NCBI GenBank assembly: GCA_965112155.1
Contig: OZ218098.1
Length of the DNA stretch: 64,000 bases
Origin: Podarcis liolepis
Lineage: Eukaryota
Strand: one strand, 5' to 3'
Numbering within the stretch: the stretch's first letter is position 1; each line of letters begins with the position of its first letter. A model generated the notes under the pieces. That model had not been told where the DNA came from and ran no database searches. It saw only the letters and a program-made list of their open reading frames with translations. Positions 12,186 through 23,309 of this stretch are shown piece by piece. The position numbers and the translations under genes are program-made.

Positions 12186-12728
12186 ATGGGTCCAGTTATG
12201 CCTCCCAGTAAGAAGCCAGAAAGCTCGGGAATTAGTGTTTCCAGTGGATTGAGCCAGTGTTACCGGGATAGAGACTTAGCAAAGACGCTTCACGACGATG
12301 AGGACTTAGACTTTCCTTTACCTGCCCTCCGGTTGGAAAAAGGTCCCATGGAGGATGAAGAGCTCACCAACTTGAACTGGTTGCACGAGAGCAAGAACTT
12401 GCTGAAAAGTTTCGGGGACTCGGTCTTAAGAAGTGTTAGCCCAGTACAAGACCTTGATGACGACACCCCTCCATCACCTGCTCACGCCGACATGCCCTAC
12501 GATGCCAAGCAAAACCCCAACTGCAAACCACCCTACTCCTTTAGCTGCCTCATATTTATGGCCATTGAGGATTCTCCAACCAAACGGCTGCCTGTAAAGG
12601 ATATATACAACTGGATTTTGGAACACTTTCCTTATTTTGCAAATGCCCCCACTGGATGGAAAAACTCTGTGAGGCATAATCTGTCGCTGAATAAGTGTTT
12701 TAAGAAGGTGGACAAAGACAGAAGTCAG
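12186..12728 (+). CDS. FOXN3: Forkhead box protein N3 (CHES1), first coding exon (exon begins 12172; codons 1-181)
   Basis: [27 protein letters not shown]-terminus, LTNLNWL motif and forkhead [38 protein letters not shown]...[15 protein letters not shown] match recalled FOXN3. Acceptor AG at 12170-12171; donor CAG|GTGAGG at 12729 (phase 0). Confidence 0.97.
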
Positions 12729-15700
12729 GTGAGGCTGGAGTGATACTACTCCGTGTAACCCATTTGATCTGCTGATGGTGATTTCCTATTGTTTATATTC
12801 TGCCTTTTGTTCCTTCTCTTTTATCTGTGAGAAATAGCTTCCAGTGATTCTTAAGAGGATCTTTGTTCATAAATCTAGTCATATTCTCAGTGTATTTCCC
12901 GCCCCCGCCTAGTTGCTCTCACTCTTCCCATCTCACTCTTCAACTTCTGGGTCCTGCTCAGGACAAACATCCTAAAACTTATAGTTAACAGAATACAGGG
13001 CAGGCTTTTGGGATGCAAATCCGTCCAGGATGCTTTGCAAGCCAGCAGTAAAATGCATTTTTAAAAGTCATTGGGGTTATACCCCCAGGGCAGCTGGTGG
13101 GGAGGCAGAGAGTCCAGCTGGAACAGGAGCTGTTGGCCCTTGGAGAGAGTGAACCCCTGACCCTCCTGAAATGACTAAAACCATACAGAACATGCCTTCT
13201 TCAGATTTGGAGACAATGTGCTGCCTGGGGCTGATGGGAGTTGTCCAAAATATCTGGAGGGTGTCAGTTTGGGAAAAGACTGGTCTAGAACGAGTTGTCT
13301 CAATCAATCTGCATTGAGAGCTTGACTTCCATCTACTCAGAAGTAAACCTTATTGAGTTCAGTGGGACTTTATTCTAGGTGAATTGGTATAGGATTGCTG
13401 CCTAAGTGTAGCATTCAAGTTTGTGATTTTTTTTTTTGAGGATCTGACAGCTGAATGACTTAAAAAGCCTTTAAGATGGGAATGAATCCTTGACAGTTTG
13501 TAAACTTCCTAGCTCACTCACTGCCTGCATTTGCACATCATTTGCACGTGGTTCAGTGCAATGTTCACGAGCCAAAGTCAGTCCTGGGACTGCACAATGT
13601 TCTCTCTTTCTCATGTGGCCAGGAGGTTGATACCAGACAGTTTCACCCTCAGCTCCAGTAAACCGCAGTCTGCCCACTTGTCTGGACCTGGAATTGCAAC
13701 TCATGCTAACTGTGATCAGGCCAAACAAGACAGTTTCAGAAACCATGGTTTGCACAAGACTTTGTGTTCACCACATCTTCTCGCATCAGACAACACAGCA
13801 AACTGCTGTCAAGCAGAAAGCAAAAGCCTCCTCCCATCCATGTTTAAAATGCAACAAACAGTCCTGTGTCTATTCTTCCCATCCTCCCATTTTTAGTTCA
13901 TTGCATTCCAAGAGCCAGTATTTGCTCTTGAATAGTTCATTTTTAACAGCATTCAAATCTTTGTCTAGACAGCTGTAAGAAAGTGCTGTTTGTATAAATG
14001 CATGTTGTACATGGCTTTCAGAAAAAACCTCCCATCTTGTCTCTCCATGAATAACATGAAATATTGTGCTTGGGTGATGGTTTCCTGCTATACTATAATC
14101 CTAGAATTGTAGAATTGGAAGGGACCCCAAGGCTCATTTAGTTTAACCTCCTTCAGTGCAGGAATGTGGTTCCCATCCAATTTGAAACCATACTTGACCA
14201 GACACTGCTTAGCTATGCAAATGTGCCAGCAGTTTTATTGCTGCACCGCTAGGAGTACTAGATGCATGTAAACCGCAGAGGTTGGGTTGAACATTGTTCT
14301 TCACTTAGTTACTTCTATAAACATTTTTTTGAGGGGGGCGAATCTTTCCTAGACAGGTTGCATCTCTGATAATTGGAGTAAACCTTGAAAATATTTGCAG
14401 TTCCTTCCTTATTCCTAGAATCAAATGTAAAGGTTCCTGGGTGACCTTGCATCCACTGTTGTTCTTGTTATGAACTGTTGGTTTACTATGCGTGTTGCCT
14501 TCTGTTACATGGGGCTTTTAGTGGTGCTTAGGCTCAGGAGAGATGAAGCTACAAATACTCTTGTACGTACATCCACGCAGACCAGTGTGTCTGGGGGAAA
14601 ATTTCGATTGCAGAATAAAGGCTTGGCCTGTTCTTTTCTGTGCTTGAGTTGAGACATGAGGTGGGATGAGGTGAAGTTCTGGTATCTTCAAGGAGAAAGT
14701 ATTTCACATACTCAACTTCTTTGCTAGCGATATTGCAGGGAGCTTGAGCTGTGTGCCTGCTTGGGATCAAATATCCATTTGCTTTACTTAGGAATCTGCC
14801 TTGTGCTAGGTCAGGCGATTTGTCCATCAGCCTCAGGTAGCATGGCCAAGGATGAAGGCAGCACCTCTCCAGAATCTCAGGAAGAGGTCTTCTTTCATAA
14901 CTTGCTACCTGAGCCTTTTAACTGGAGATGCCAAGAATTGAATGTTGGACTTTCTGCATGAGCAACATGCACTCTGCCATAGGGCCCTGGTCCATCCCTA
15001 TAGTTTTAGCAGCTGAGCTATATCGTATGGCTAAAGACCTTTCTTTGGACCATTGTAATGACCTGGTAACGTCTTGTGGCTTCTTCTGAGACTCTTATAT
15101 TTAAGTACAAAATAATAATAATAATAATAAAAATCACTATCCCAAGAATTCCAGAATGCTGTCTCTAATCAGGTTGGATAATGCCTTGTATGCCTTCTTT
15201 GGGCAACTCCTGCAGCCAAGCTGGTGCCAAATGGGTCGCTCTGCTTTCCTTTGGACCACATCAGTGAGGCCAAGAAGGGGATCTTGTAATCTGGGCAACC
15301 CCGGACCTTTCACCCTGGGGAGATCACTTCAGTGCTACTGTCGCAGCAGTTTGATTTCACCCCCAGAATTCCTTTCCATTGTCTCTCGAGACAGACAGCT
15401 CCCAACAACAAAATCCTATGAGCACATTTCTGTTGCGTGGCTCTTTCCTTTGTATAATTTGAAAGGTGAAGGGGTTGAGGTATCTTGCTTGCAGAATGCT
15501 AGTTGCTTATGTAGCTGTGTTAGAAGCATGTCCTCATTTCAGTGGGAGGATGCATCTTGCAAACAGCTGCTGAGGCAAGATTTGCCTGTGTGCAGTAAGG
15601 AGGCTTCATTTAAATCAAAGCGGATGAAATTTAGGAACTTTATTTGTTACGTAAGCAAAGTAAGTGGCAGGTAAGAGTATGGTTATTCGGACTCTCCTGG

Positions 15701-15910
15701 TGACTAAATGGTCAAGAACACTCTCAAAAGAATAATAATAATAATAAACAAAAAATCTTTAATTATTTGGCCAGGCGTAAACTTTCCCATCCTGTTTCTT
15801 CAAAATGCTAGAAAGTAGAAATGGCATAGTGGGCATTGGGTATGCTTCCCCACCCTCTCCCAATTGCCAAAAGAGAGAAATGGTACCAACTATCTCTGCA
15901 GGCCTGAAGT

Positions 15911-16111
15911 GATTGTTGTACCTCGGGTTACATATGCTTCAGGTTACAGACTCCGCTAACCCAGAAATAGTACCTCTGGTTAAGAACTTTGGCAGTGGTG
16001 CGGCAGCAGTGGTAGGCTCCATTAGCTAAAGTGGTGCTTCAGGTTAAGAACAGTTTCAGGTTAAGAACAGACCTCCGGAACGAATTAAGTACGTAACCAG
16101 CGGTACCACTG
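15911..16111. mobile_element. Tigger-like MITE (same family as 53740 and 54030)
   Basis: Shares GGTTAAGAACAGTTTCAGGTTAAGAAC...GGTACCACTG|TA; left end degenerate. Confidence 0.7.
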
Positions 16112-16589
16112 TATTACTTCAGTTTCTGTTATTTGGTGTTGGTGAAGGTGCTACTGTTCAGCATTCCAGTCAACTGGCCTATGTATGTGTGCCAGGAAAA
16201 ATGAGTGGTGCAAGTACAAATCCTGGTTTTGTGGCAGGGGTCATTGATGTATTGTCCTCCAGATACTTTGGATTACAACTCTCATCATCCCTAGCTATTA
16301 GCCAAGATGGTGGAGAACGATGGAGAGTTGTAGCCTGCAAAATCTGGCAGGTACCACATCAGCTAGTCCTGATTTTTGCTTGAATGTTAAAGCATGCAAC
16401 AGAGATGTGTTCTTTTAACCTTCAGTTAAGAGGATAATCCCAGAAAACCTTGATCATAAATGGTATGTGTTGTTTAGCTATGGAAGGACAGAAGGAAGTT
16501 GAACTCTGCAATACAGTAGTCTGCAGTGGTCTCTTCTCTTCTACACCTCCCTTTGGCACCAAGCATCCACAGATCATTCTCTTGCTCAT

Positions 16590-17465
16590 CAGAACATGAG
16601 AACAGCCTGCTGGATCAGGCCAATGGCCCATCTAGTTCAGTATCCTGTTCTCAAAGCGGCCGACCAGATGCCTGTGGGAAACCTGCAATCAAGCTTCCAG
16701 TACAGAAGTACTCTCCCGTCCTGGGCTTCCCAGCATCTAGTATTCAGAAGCATCACTGCCTCCAGCTGTAGAGGCAGAGCATAGTCCTTGAGCAGCCATC
16801 AGTAGCCATCTCCTCCATGAATTTGTCTAATCCTCTTTTAAAGTATTCTAGATTGGTGGCCGGGACGCGGGTGGCGCTGTGGGTAAAACCTCAGTGCCTA
16901 GGACTTGCCGATCGTATGGTCGGCGGTTCGAATCCCCACGGCGGGGTGACCTCCCGTCGTTCGGTCCCAGCTCCTGCCCACCTAGCAGTTCGAAAGCACC
17001 CCTAAAAAGTGCAAGTAGATAAATAGGTACCGCTTTATAGCGGGAAGGTAACGGCGTTTCCGTGCGCTGCGCTGGTGCTGGCTCGCCAGAGCAGCTTCGT
17101 CACGCTGGCCACGTGACCCGGAAGTGTCTGCGGACAGCGCTGGCTCCCGGCCTCTTAAGTGAGATGAGCACGCAACCCCAGAGTCGGACATGACTGGCCC
17201 GTACGGGCAGGGGTACCTTTACCTTTACCTTTAGATTGGTGGCAATCACTGCTTCCCCTGGGAGCGAGTTCTATAATTTAACTGTGTGAAGAAGTCCTTT
17301 CTTTTATTTGTCCCAAATCTTCCAGCATTCATCTTCATTGGATGTCCACTAATTCTAGGGTTATGAGAGAGGGAGACAAACTTCTCTCTACCCGCTTTCT
17401 CCATGCCACCAACTTTTATCGTGTCACCTCTTACTTGCCTTTCCCCTAAACTAAAAGTCCCAGAT
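16590..17465 (-). mobile_element. CR1 LINE 3' fragment, split by a Sauria SINE
   Basis: AGAACAGCCTGCTGGATCAGGCC... tail and degenerate ORF2 C-terminus on the minus strand (FSLGERQVRGD...NAGRFGTNKRKDFFTQ). Confidence 0.75.
16862..17231 (+). mobile_element. Sauria SINE, full length, young
   Basis: GGGACGCGGGTGGCGCTGTGG head, (ACCTTT)3 tail, perfect TSD TAGATTGGTGGC (16849-16860 / 17232-17243), CpGs retained. Confidence 0.93.
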
Positions 17466-17770
17466 GTTACAACCATCTTTTATTTAACATTAACATCCCC
17501 CCAGCTCTTTGTAGGTGCTTGGTGAAAAGAGCTGATAAAGGTCTTTTAGGAGTTGCATCAGGATGCAGATAAGAGGGAGGGTGGGTTCTGATTGTTGGTT
17601 TTTTTAAAAAAAATTAAGGTGATTCAATCGTGCTTTACAACATCAAGAAAAAAGATTAGCTTTAAACCAGGATCTGCATAGATAGATCTGGGCATAGATA
17701 GCAGTGGTTGGCCGAAACCATTTTTGATTTTTGATTTCTAACTGGGCAGAGCCTTTAAAAGAAGGGTACG

Positions 17771-18053
17771 CTCTCTGTTGTCTTTGTCCATGGAGTTTTC
17801 TTGGCAGGGATACTAGAGTGGCTTGCCGGTTCCTGCTCCAGGTGAATCACGTTTGGTCAAAACTCTCCACTATGACTTGTCCATCTTGGGTGGCCCTGCA
17901 TGGCATAGCTCATAGCTTCTCTGAGTTATTCAAGCCCCTTCGCCACGGCAAGGCAGTGATCCATGAAGGGGATCATGAAGACAGGAGTGCCTGGCGTGCT
18001 CTGGTCCATGGGGTCATGAAGAGTTGGACACGACTAAACAACCAAACAACAAC
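17771..18053 (+). mobile_element. RTE/BovB LINE remnant: inverted 5' segment joined to a sense 3' end
   Basis: 17976-18053 is a BovB-type 3' end (CCTGGCGTGCT...GTCCATGGGGTCA...GGACACGACT, (AAC)n). 17771-17971 reverse-complements to a BovB-like 5' region (GAGCTATGCCATGCAGGGCCACCCAAGATGGAC...). Confidence 0.7.
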
Positions 18054-18628
18054 ACGCTGTTTCTTTAAACAAAAACATTTTCTCAAACAGTTGAAAGGTT
18101 ATCAGATGATTGTTAATTTAATTTTATGCCTAGCTGCAGAAGGATATTGGTTTGAAATTATACGCACATATTAAGAGGGCAGTGTTAGAAATTAGCCAGG
18201 TGCTAGGTGCATTTTGCTACTGGCATGGGTCCAGGTATGACTACATGGAGATTTCTGGGCACCTGGTGGGCGACCGCAGTTTAAAAGCCTCTCATTCCAT
18301 AGGTAATTCCATTTCCGTTTCCACTGTGTGTGTTTCTCCTCCCGTATTGGGACAAGTGAATTGTTGTCAGAGCAAATTACAGTCAAGCAATGTAGTTGAG
18401 ATCGTAGAATTGTAGCATTGGAAGGGACCCCAAGAGTCATGTGGTCCAACCCCCTGGCAAATAGACATCTGTTGTGCCAAATGTAACCCAGGTTTAATGT
18501 GCCATTCGCCCCCTAGCTTGTATATCTGTGTTTCTAACACTGGCAGAGGGCAGGATCCTACCTCCCAGGGCAGGGGTAGCCAGCCTGGTGTCCTCCAGAT
18601 ATTAATGGGATCGTAACTCACTTCATAT

Positions 18629-18958
18629 TGGGACACGGGTGGTGCTGTGGGTTAAACCACAGAGCCTAGGACCCTTGATCAGAAGGTCGACGGTTCGAAT
18701 TCCCGTTGCTCGGTCCCTGCTCCTGCCAACCTAGCAGTTCGAAAACACCTCAAAGGGCACATAAATAAATAGGTACTGCTCCGGTGGGAAGGTAAACGGC
18801 GTTTCCGTGCGCTGCTCTGGTTCATCAGAAGTGGCTTAGTCATGCTGGCCACATAACCCGGAAACTGTACACCGGTTCCCTCGGCCAATAAAGCGAGATG
18901 AGCGAGGCAACCCCAGAGTCGGCCACGACTGGACCTAATGGCCAGGGGTCCCTTTACC
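18629..18958 (+). mobile_element. Sauria SINE inserted in a hAT-type MITE
   Basis: Head and tail motifs present; TSD TAACT(C/T)ACTTCATAT at 18614-18628 and 18959-18973. Confidence 0.9.
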
Positions 18959-20163
18959 TAACTTACTTCATATGACCGTGGTCATGCTGGCTGGCCCTGA
19001 TGGGAGTTCAGCAACATCTGGATGACACTATATTGACTGCCCCTGGCTTATGGGGCAAAGAAGACATTTTGACTGAGCAGAGGGGGGAGGTTAGAAGATG
19101 CTTAAAGAAATAGGCTGACTCTGTGCCAGCACACTCACCTTTGTGTACATACCTCAGAGGGAGGGGGAAAGAGGCTCTGTTATGCTCCAGCTCAGCCTTT
19201 GCCAACCTGATGCCCTCAAGATGTTTTGGATTACCAAACAGTATGCTTGGGGCTGATGGGATTTGTAGACCCAACGCCTGGAATGTGCCAGGTTGCCAAA
19301 GACTGCTGTATTGGGATCTTCCACATGAGGACTGCAGGGGGACAGTTGCCATTAGTCATGTTTTTGTTTTTTTAAAAAACTTTTTCTGATTGCATTTCTG
19401 TCTTGGCACACTCAAAATAATAATGAGAAAGGCGTTTACTTGTAGACCCATGATCTAGAATTTTTCCAGGAAGCAACTGCTGGTAGGTACAGGTAATATG
19501 TGCTAGTAATGCATATTCATAATTTGAAAACAGAGCAAGTTGCAGAGCTCAGCTAGTTAGTCAGCATAAGATTACCCCCATAGGCTTAGTTGGGTACAGG
19601 ATCAAAGTGAGGCACTGGAAGATTTGCCAGTTCCTTATCACTATTATCAAGCCCATTAATTAATTTATTTTTAAAGTATGGCTCATTATATTTTGTACCA
19701 TATTTGTAATGCATAAGCTGAACAGACAGATATTCTAAGTTCATTCTTACAGTCCTAACATAATGTATTTGAGACTGGTTGACATATTCAGTTTAAAGAA
19801 GTATGTATTGGTTTTGCTTTAATATGTTTGGATTCATTTTAGATGGCATTTTTAACTAGGCTTTAAAAAATAATAATAATACTGTAGCTTTTTTTTTTTT
19901 AAGGAATTAAATCCTCTTTAGTCTGAGAGCAATACAGTGCTTGTGTTGCTCCTGACACCAGGATGGTTTTAGATTGCTGGTTAAATTTAACGTGGCTGTT
20001 TATGAAGACGCTTGACTGAATGTTTCTCTAGTCATTACTTGAATGCTGTTTCCTTTCCTGGTTGTGATTTTATGCTGTGTGGTTTGAAATATGGCTTCTA
20101 TTTTATTGTGAGGTTGTGTTTTGTAAGTTGCCTTGAATTCACTTGGAGAAAAGAAGTGGAATA

Positions 20164-20362
20164 GAGTGGTACCTCTGGTTGCGAACGGGATCCATTCTGG
20201 AGCAATTCACCGCTTCCGCGCATGCGCGTGATGTCATTTTGCACGTCTACGCATGCGTGAGTGGCGAAACCCGGAAGTAACCCTTTCCAGTACCTCTGGG
20301 TCGCCACAGGACACAACCTGAAAAAACATAACCCTCAGCGTTCACAACATGAGGTATGACTG
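20164..20362. mobile_element. Tigger-like MITE
   Basis: TA|GAGTGGTACCTC...GAGGTATGACTG|TA; nearly colinear with 5020-5246. Confidence 0.75.
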
Positions 20363-20989
20363 TATAAGGTGTCCCCCCCCCCTTACCCAATAAATGGGTT
20401 GCAGTGATGTCTTTGGGTATATGTACTAATTGTGTGAATTTTATTAATTCTCTGATGAGGACTTTTATTTGTTACTGCTAGTGTGTAGATGGTGGCTTGA
20501 TGGGACAGGAACGGAAAGATACAATTATATGCATGACGAAGATTTATGTTTAAAAGTCTGCATATCCTATTAAACTGGCCCAGTAAAAGATGACATGCTG
20601 ACCTTATTTGCATTTCCTATATCTTAAGTGGCCCAGAGTTGCTATAAATAGCAGGCAGAGTTGTTTGTTGGGTGAGATTGGTTTTCACTGTATGCTCTTG
20701 ATACCCCTTACTTAATACTGAAGTGTACATTGCAGAGAAACAGAAGATGCTACACAGCACTGCGTCTAAATAGAAGTTGCATGTATATTGCATCTTACCC
20801 AGTTTCAAGTGTTGTTGTTTTTTTGCACTAGTGTTTTTCTTTTTATTAAACACAGGCACACACAACAGTAGAGTTTTTCCATTGTTGCTATATATCTGCT
20901 TTTAGCACAGAAAAATATTGATTAAATGGAAAGTGGACATTTTACTTCAGGTATCTTAACATCAAAGCTGCTGTCGTTTTTGTTTTGGG

Positions 20990-21007
20990 GTGTGTGTGTG
21001 TGTGTGT

Positions 21008-21049
<42 letters not shown>

Positions 21050-21061
21050 AGAGAGAGAGAG
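20990..21061. repeat. Compound (GT)n(CA)n(GA)n microsatellite
   Basis: Seen directly. Confidence 0.9.
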
Positions 21062-21900
21062 TATATATATGTCTTTCTCTATGCTTGTGATTATCTCATT
21101 TCCTAACTTATTGCAAGTGTTCCTTAAGACACACTTATTAATCAGCTCTAAAATGTCTGATTCTCCCCACTCGACTAGTTAAGAGCCTGCTCTCTTACCC
21201 AACATGTCCAGAAGACAAAAAAAAGTAGCCACAATTGTCTTAGATATAATGCTCATGATCTTTCCAGTCTTCTGAACAATCTTGTGTCTGCTTCCCTATC
21301 CCCTTTGCTTCAACTTCTCTATAGTTTCAGCAGTTCCAAAAATAATCTAATTCAGTTGAAACTTTGCAATTTTTGTGAGCGCTCCACTGTGTGGTTGCGA
21401 TTCTTCAGGTCTTTATTACACACGTGGACTCGTCTTCTCTTCCACAATAGAAGCAAAGTGAGTACACAGCTAACTTTAAATGGAAAGCAAATGCTTGTTT
21501 AGGATTGATCATTGTTTAGAAGTTGTCTGTTTACCCGGCAGTTCCTCTATATGTATTTGCACTTGGGGCTGTAAATCATTGAGGGAAGCTTGAAGTTAAA
21601 AGGGGGCGTGCACAGTGAAATAAGGTTTCAAATAGGTTTTCTCCACAAAAACTTCAGGAGTGAAGAAATTCTGCATTATAGGGCAAATATAAAGAATGTC
21701 ATCCTCTAGTCTCAAAGAAAGCTCAGTTATTCCACCAAATGGAATGCAACCATACTCAACTTATTCGAAAAATAGAAGGTTAATACTCTATTCAGTAGTT
21801 AACGTGAAGAAAAAGAATTTCACATTCCGTTTGTATATTCAACTGATGCAGCCAAGATCCTTCAGGTTATCTAAAAGCGCTCATCGGGAAACAGATGGGT

Positions 21901-22296
21901 TTAAGTGTCAGTCAGTTGCAGTCTGCTAATTTGGTTGGAGGCCTTCGCAAATGTTTGGGGACGTTTGCAAATGGCAGCCAGGCAAAGAGGAATGATACAG
22001 TAGCCCACCATTTGGGGATCAGCTCTTGTACAGGAATAAAGGAACAGGAACATTTGCAAATAAGGGATCAAGAAGATAATAGTCCACAGCCAAAAGGGTA
22101 CGGACAGCAGCCGTGTTTTTAAGGAGTGCATCCAGGTGGTTTCTTCTCTCAGTTTTTCAGGAGGTTGCTGGATGTGCTCCAGTGCCAGTCTGTTGTAAGT
22201 CTCATTGATTTCAAAGACATAGTAAAATGCTGCTGCACTTGCTATTAAGTATAATCCCACACCAATCCATCCCATCCTCTGACAGAAGTTCATCAT
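21901..22296 (-). CDS. LYSET: Lysosomal enzyme trafficking factor LYSET/TMEM251-like ORF, 131 aa, nested antisense in a FOXN3 intron (functional gene vs duplicated/pseudogene copy unresolved)
   Basis: MMNFCQRMGWIGVGLYLIASAAAFYYVFEINETYNRLALEHIQQ...PFWLWTIIFLIPYLQMFLFLYSCTRADP...GYCIIP...KASNQISRLQLTDT* aligns end to end with the recalled short TMEM251 isoform; the upstream RAWR is also retained; no frameshift or internal stop. Confidence 0.9.
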   Translation of the reverse strand: MMNFCQRMGWIGVGLYLIASAAAFYYVFEINETYNRLALEHIQQPPEKLREETTWMHSLKTRLLSVPFWLWTIIFLIPYLQMFLFLYSCTRADPQMVGYCIIPLCLAAICKRPQTFAKASNQISRLQLTDT

Positions 22297-22319
22297 TCTC
22301 CATGCTCTGAACCTTCCTC

Positions 22320-22500
22320 CGCAGGAAAACACGGGAATGAACAGGCAGGAGGAGGGAGCGCGGGTGGCCCAACCCTTGTCACCCCACCGCCGCTCCTGCC
22401 GAGCCGCTCTTTGAGTCCATCCCTTCCACCGCCCACCTGGGGCCTGCCCCTTTCGAGCTCTGCTTCTGGTGCCGTGTGACATGGCTGCCGTCACGTGAGG
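22320..22500 (-). promoter_or_regulatory. GC-rich 5' region of the LYSET copy with a CLEAR-like E-box
   Basis: GTCACGTGAG at 22490-22499 (9/10 to the CLEAR consensus GTCACGTGAC), local GC/CpG enrichment, candidate donor CAG|GTGGGC at 22436 (-). Confidence 0.5.
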
Positions 22501-22911
22501 AGGGTCCAAAACCAAGACTTTCTGTGCTTCACTTCAGACTGTTTCCCCTTTACAGGCAGTGTCACCTTCACTATTGTCCACAAGCTGATGAGTTTGATGT
22601 CTGTAATCTTCAATACTTGCTAAATAAATAAAAGGGGAACGTAAAAGAAAAGAGTTTAGGAGATGACATATTTCTGAAATCTTTTGAGAGGCTGCAGTGG
22701 ATGCAAAATAGCCTTTTACAGTTCTTGTCAGCTGTGAGAATTATGGGCACTGGTTAATTGTGTTTGCTTCTCTCAGCCCCTTCCCGGCCTAAAATAAATG
22801 GTTTATTCGTGAAGTTCAGTTTTTTGCTTTTTGCCTTTCACTGGACATCAGTGCTCTATGAAGGGATTTCAGGTGCTGTCTTCTTCCTAACAAATAATGC
22901 AACCTCTGCAG

Positions 22912-23163
22912 CAGGGGTCAGCAAACTTTTTCAGCAGGGGGCTAGTCCATTGTCCCTCAGACCTTGTGGGGGGCTGGACTATATTTTGGAGAGAAAAAAA
23001 TGAACAAATTCCTATGCCCTACGAATAACCCAGAGATGCATTTTAAATAAAAGGACACATTCTACTCATATAAAAACACGCTGATTCCCAGACCATCCGG
23101 GGGCCGGATTTAGAAGGCGGTTGGGCTAGATCCGGCCCCCAGGCCTTAGTTTGCCTACCCATA
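22912..23163. mobile_element. hAT-type MITE
   Basis: CAGGGGTCAGCAAAC...GTTTGCCTACCCATA termini; degenerate 8-bp TSD CTCTGCAG/CACTACAG. Confidence 0.7.
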
Positions 23164-23171
23164 CACTACAG

Positions 23172-23309
23172 CAGCGGTTCTCAACCTGTGGGTCCCCAGA
23201 TGTTGTTGGACTACAACTCCTATCTTCCCTGAGCTCTGGCCTTGCTAGCTAGGGGTGATGGAAGTTGCAGTTCAACAACATCTGGGGACCCACAGGTTGA
23301 GAAAGGCTG
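23172..23309. mobile_element. hAT-type palindromic MITE
   Basis: CAGCGGTTCTCAACCTGTGGGTCCCCAGATG...CATCTGGGGACCCACAGGTTGAGAAAGGCTG; 8-bp flanks CACTACAG/CGCTGCAG. Confidence 0.8.

Noticed and set aside
12729-12743. ORF track extends FOXN3 to VRLE*
   Set aside because: Read-through into the intron past the GT donor at 12729; the protein continues at 50470.
15156-15674. 172-aa intronic ORF
   Set aside because: No recognisable homology or splice support; consistent with a chance ORF.
16862-16945. tRNA-like sequences with A/B boxes (here and in other SINE heads)
   Set aside because: They are SINE 5' heads joined to SINE bodies, not tRNA genes.
22533-22620. Exon-like segment on the minus strand (TTTTATTTATTTAG acceptor, SIEDYRHQTHQLVDNSEGDTACKGETV*) upstream of the LYSET copy
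   Set aside because: Peptide not recognised and no partner exon seen; worth including in the breakpoint alignment only.
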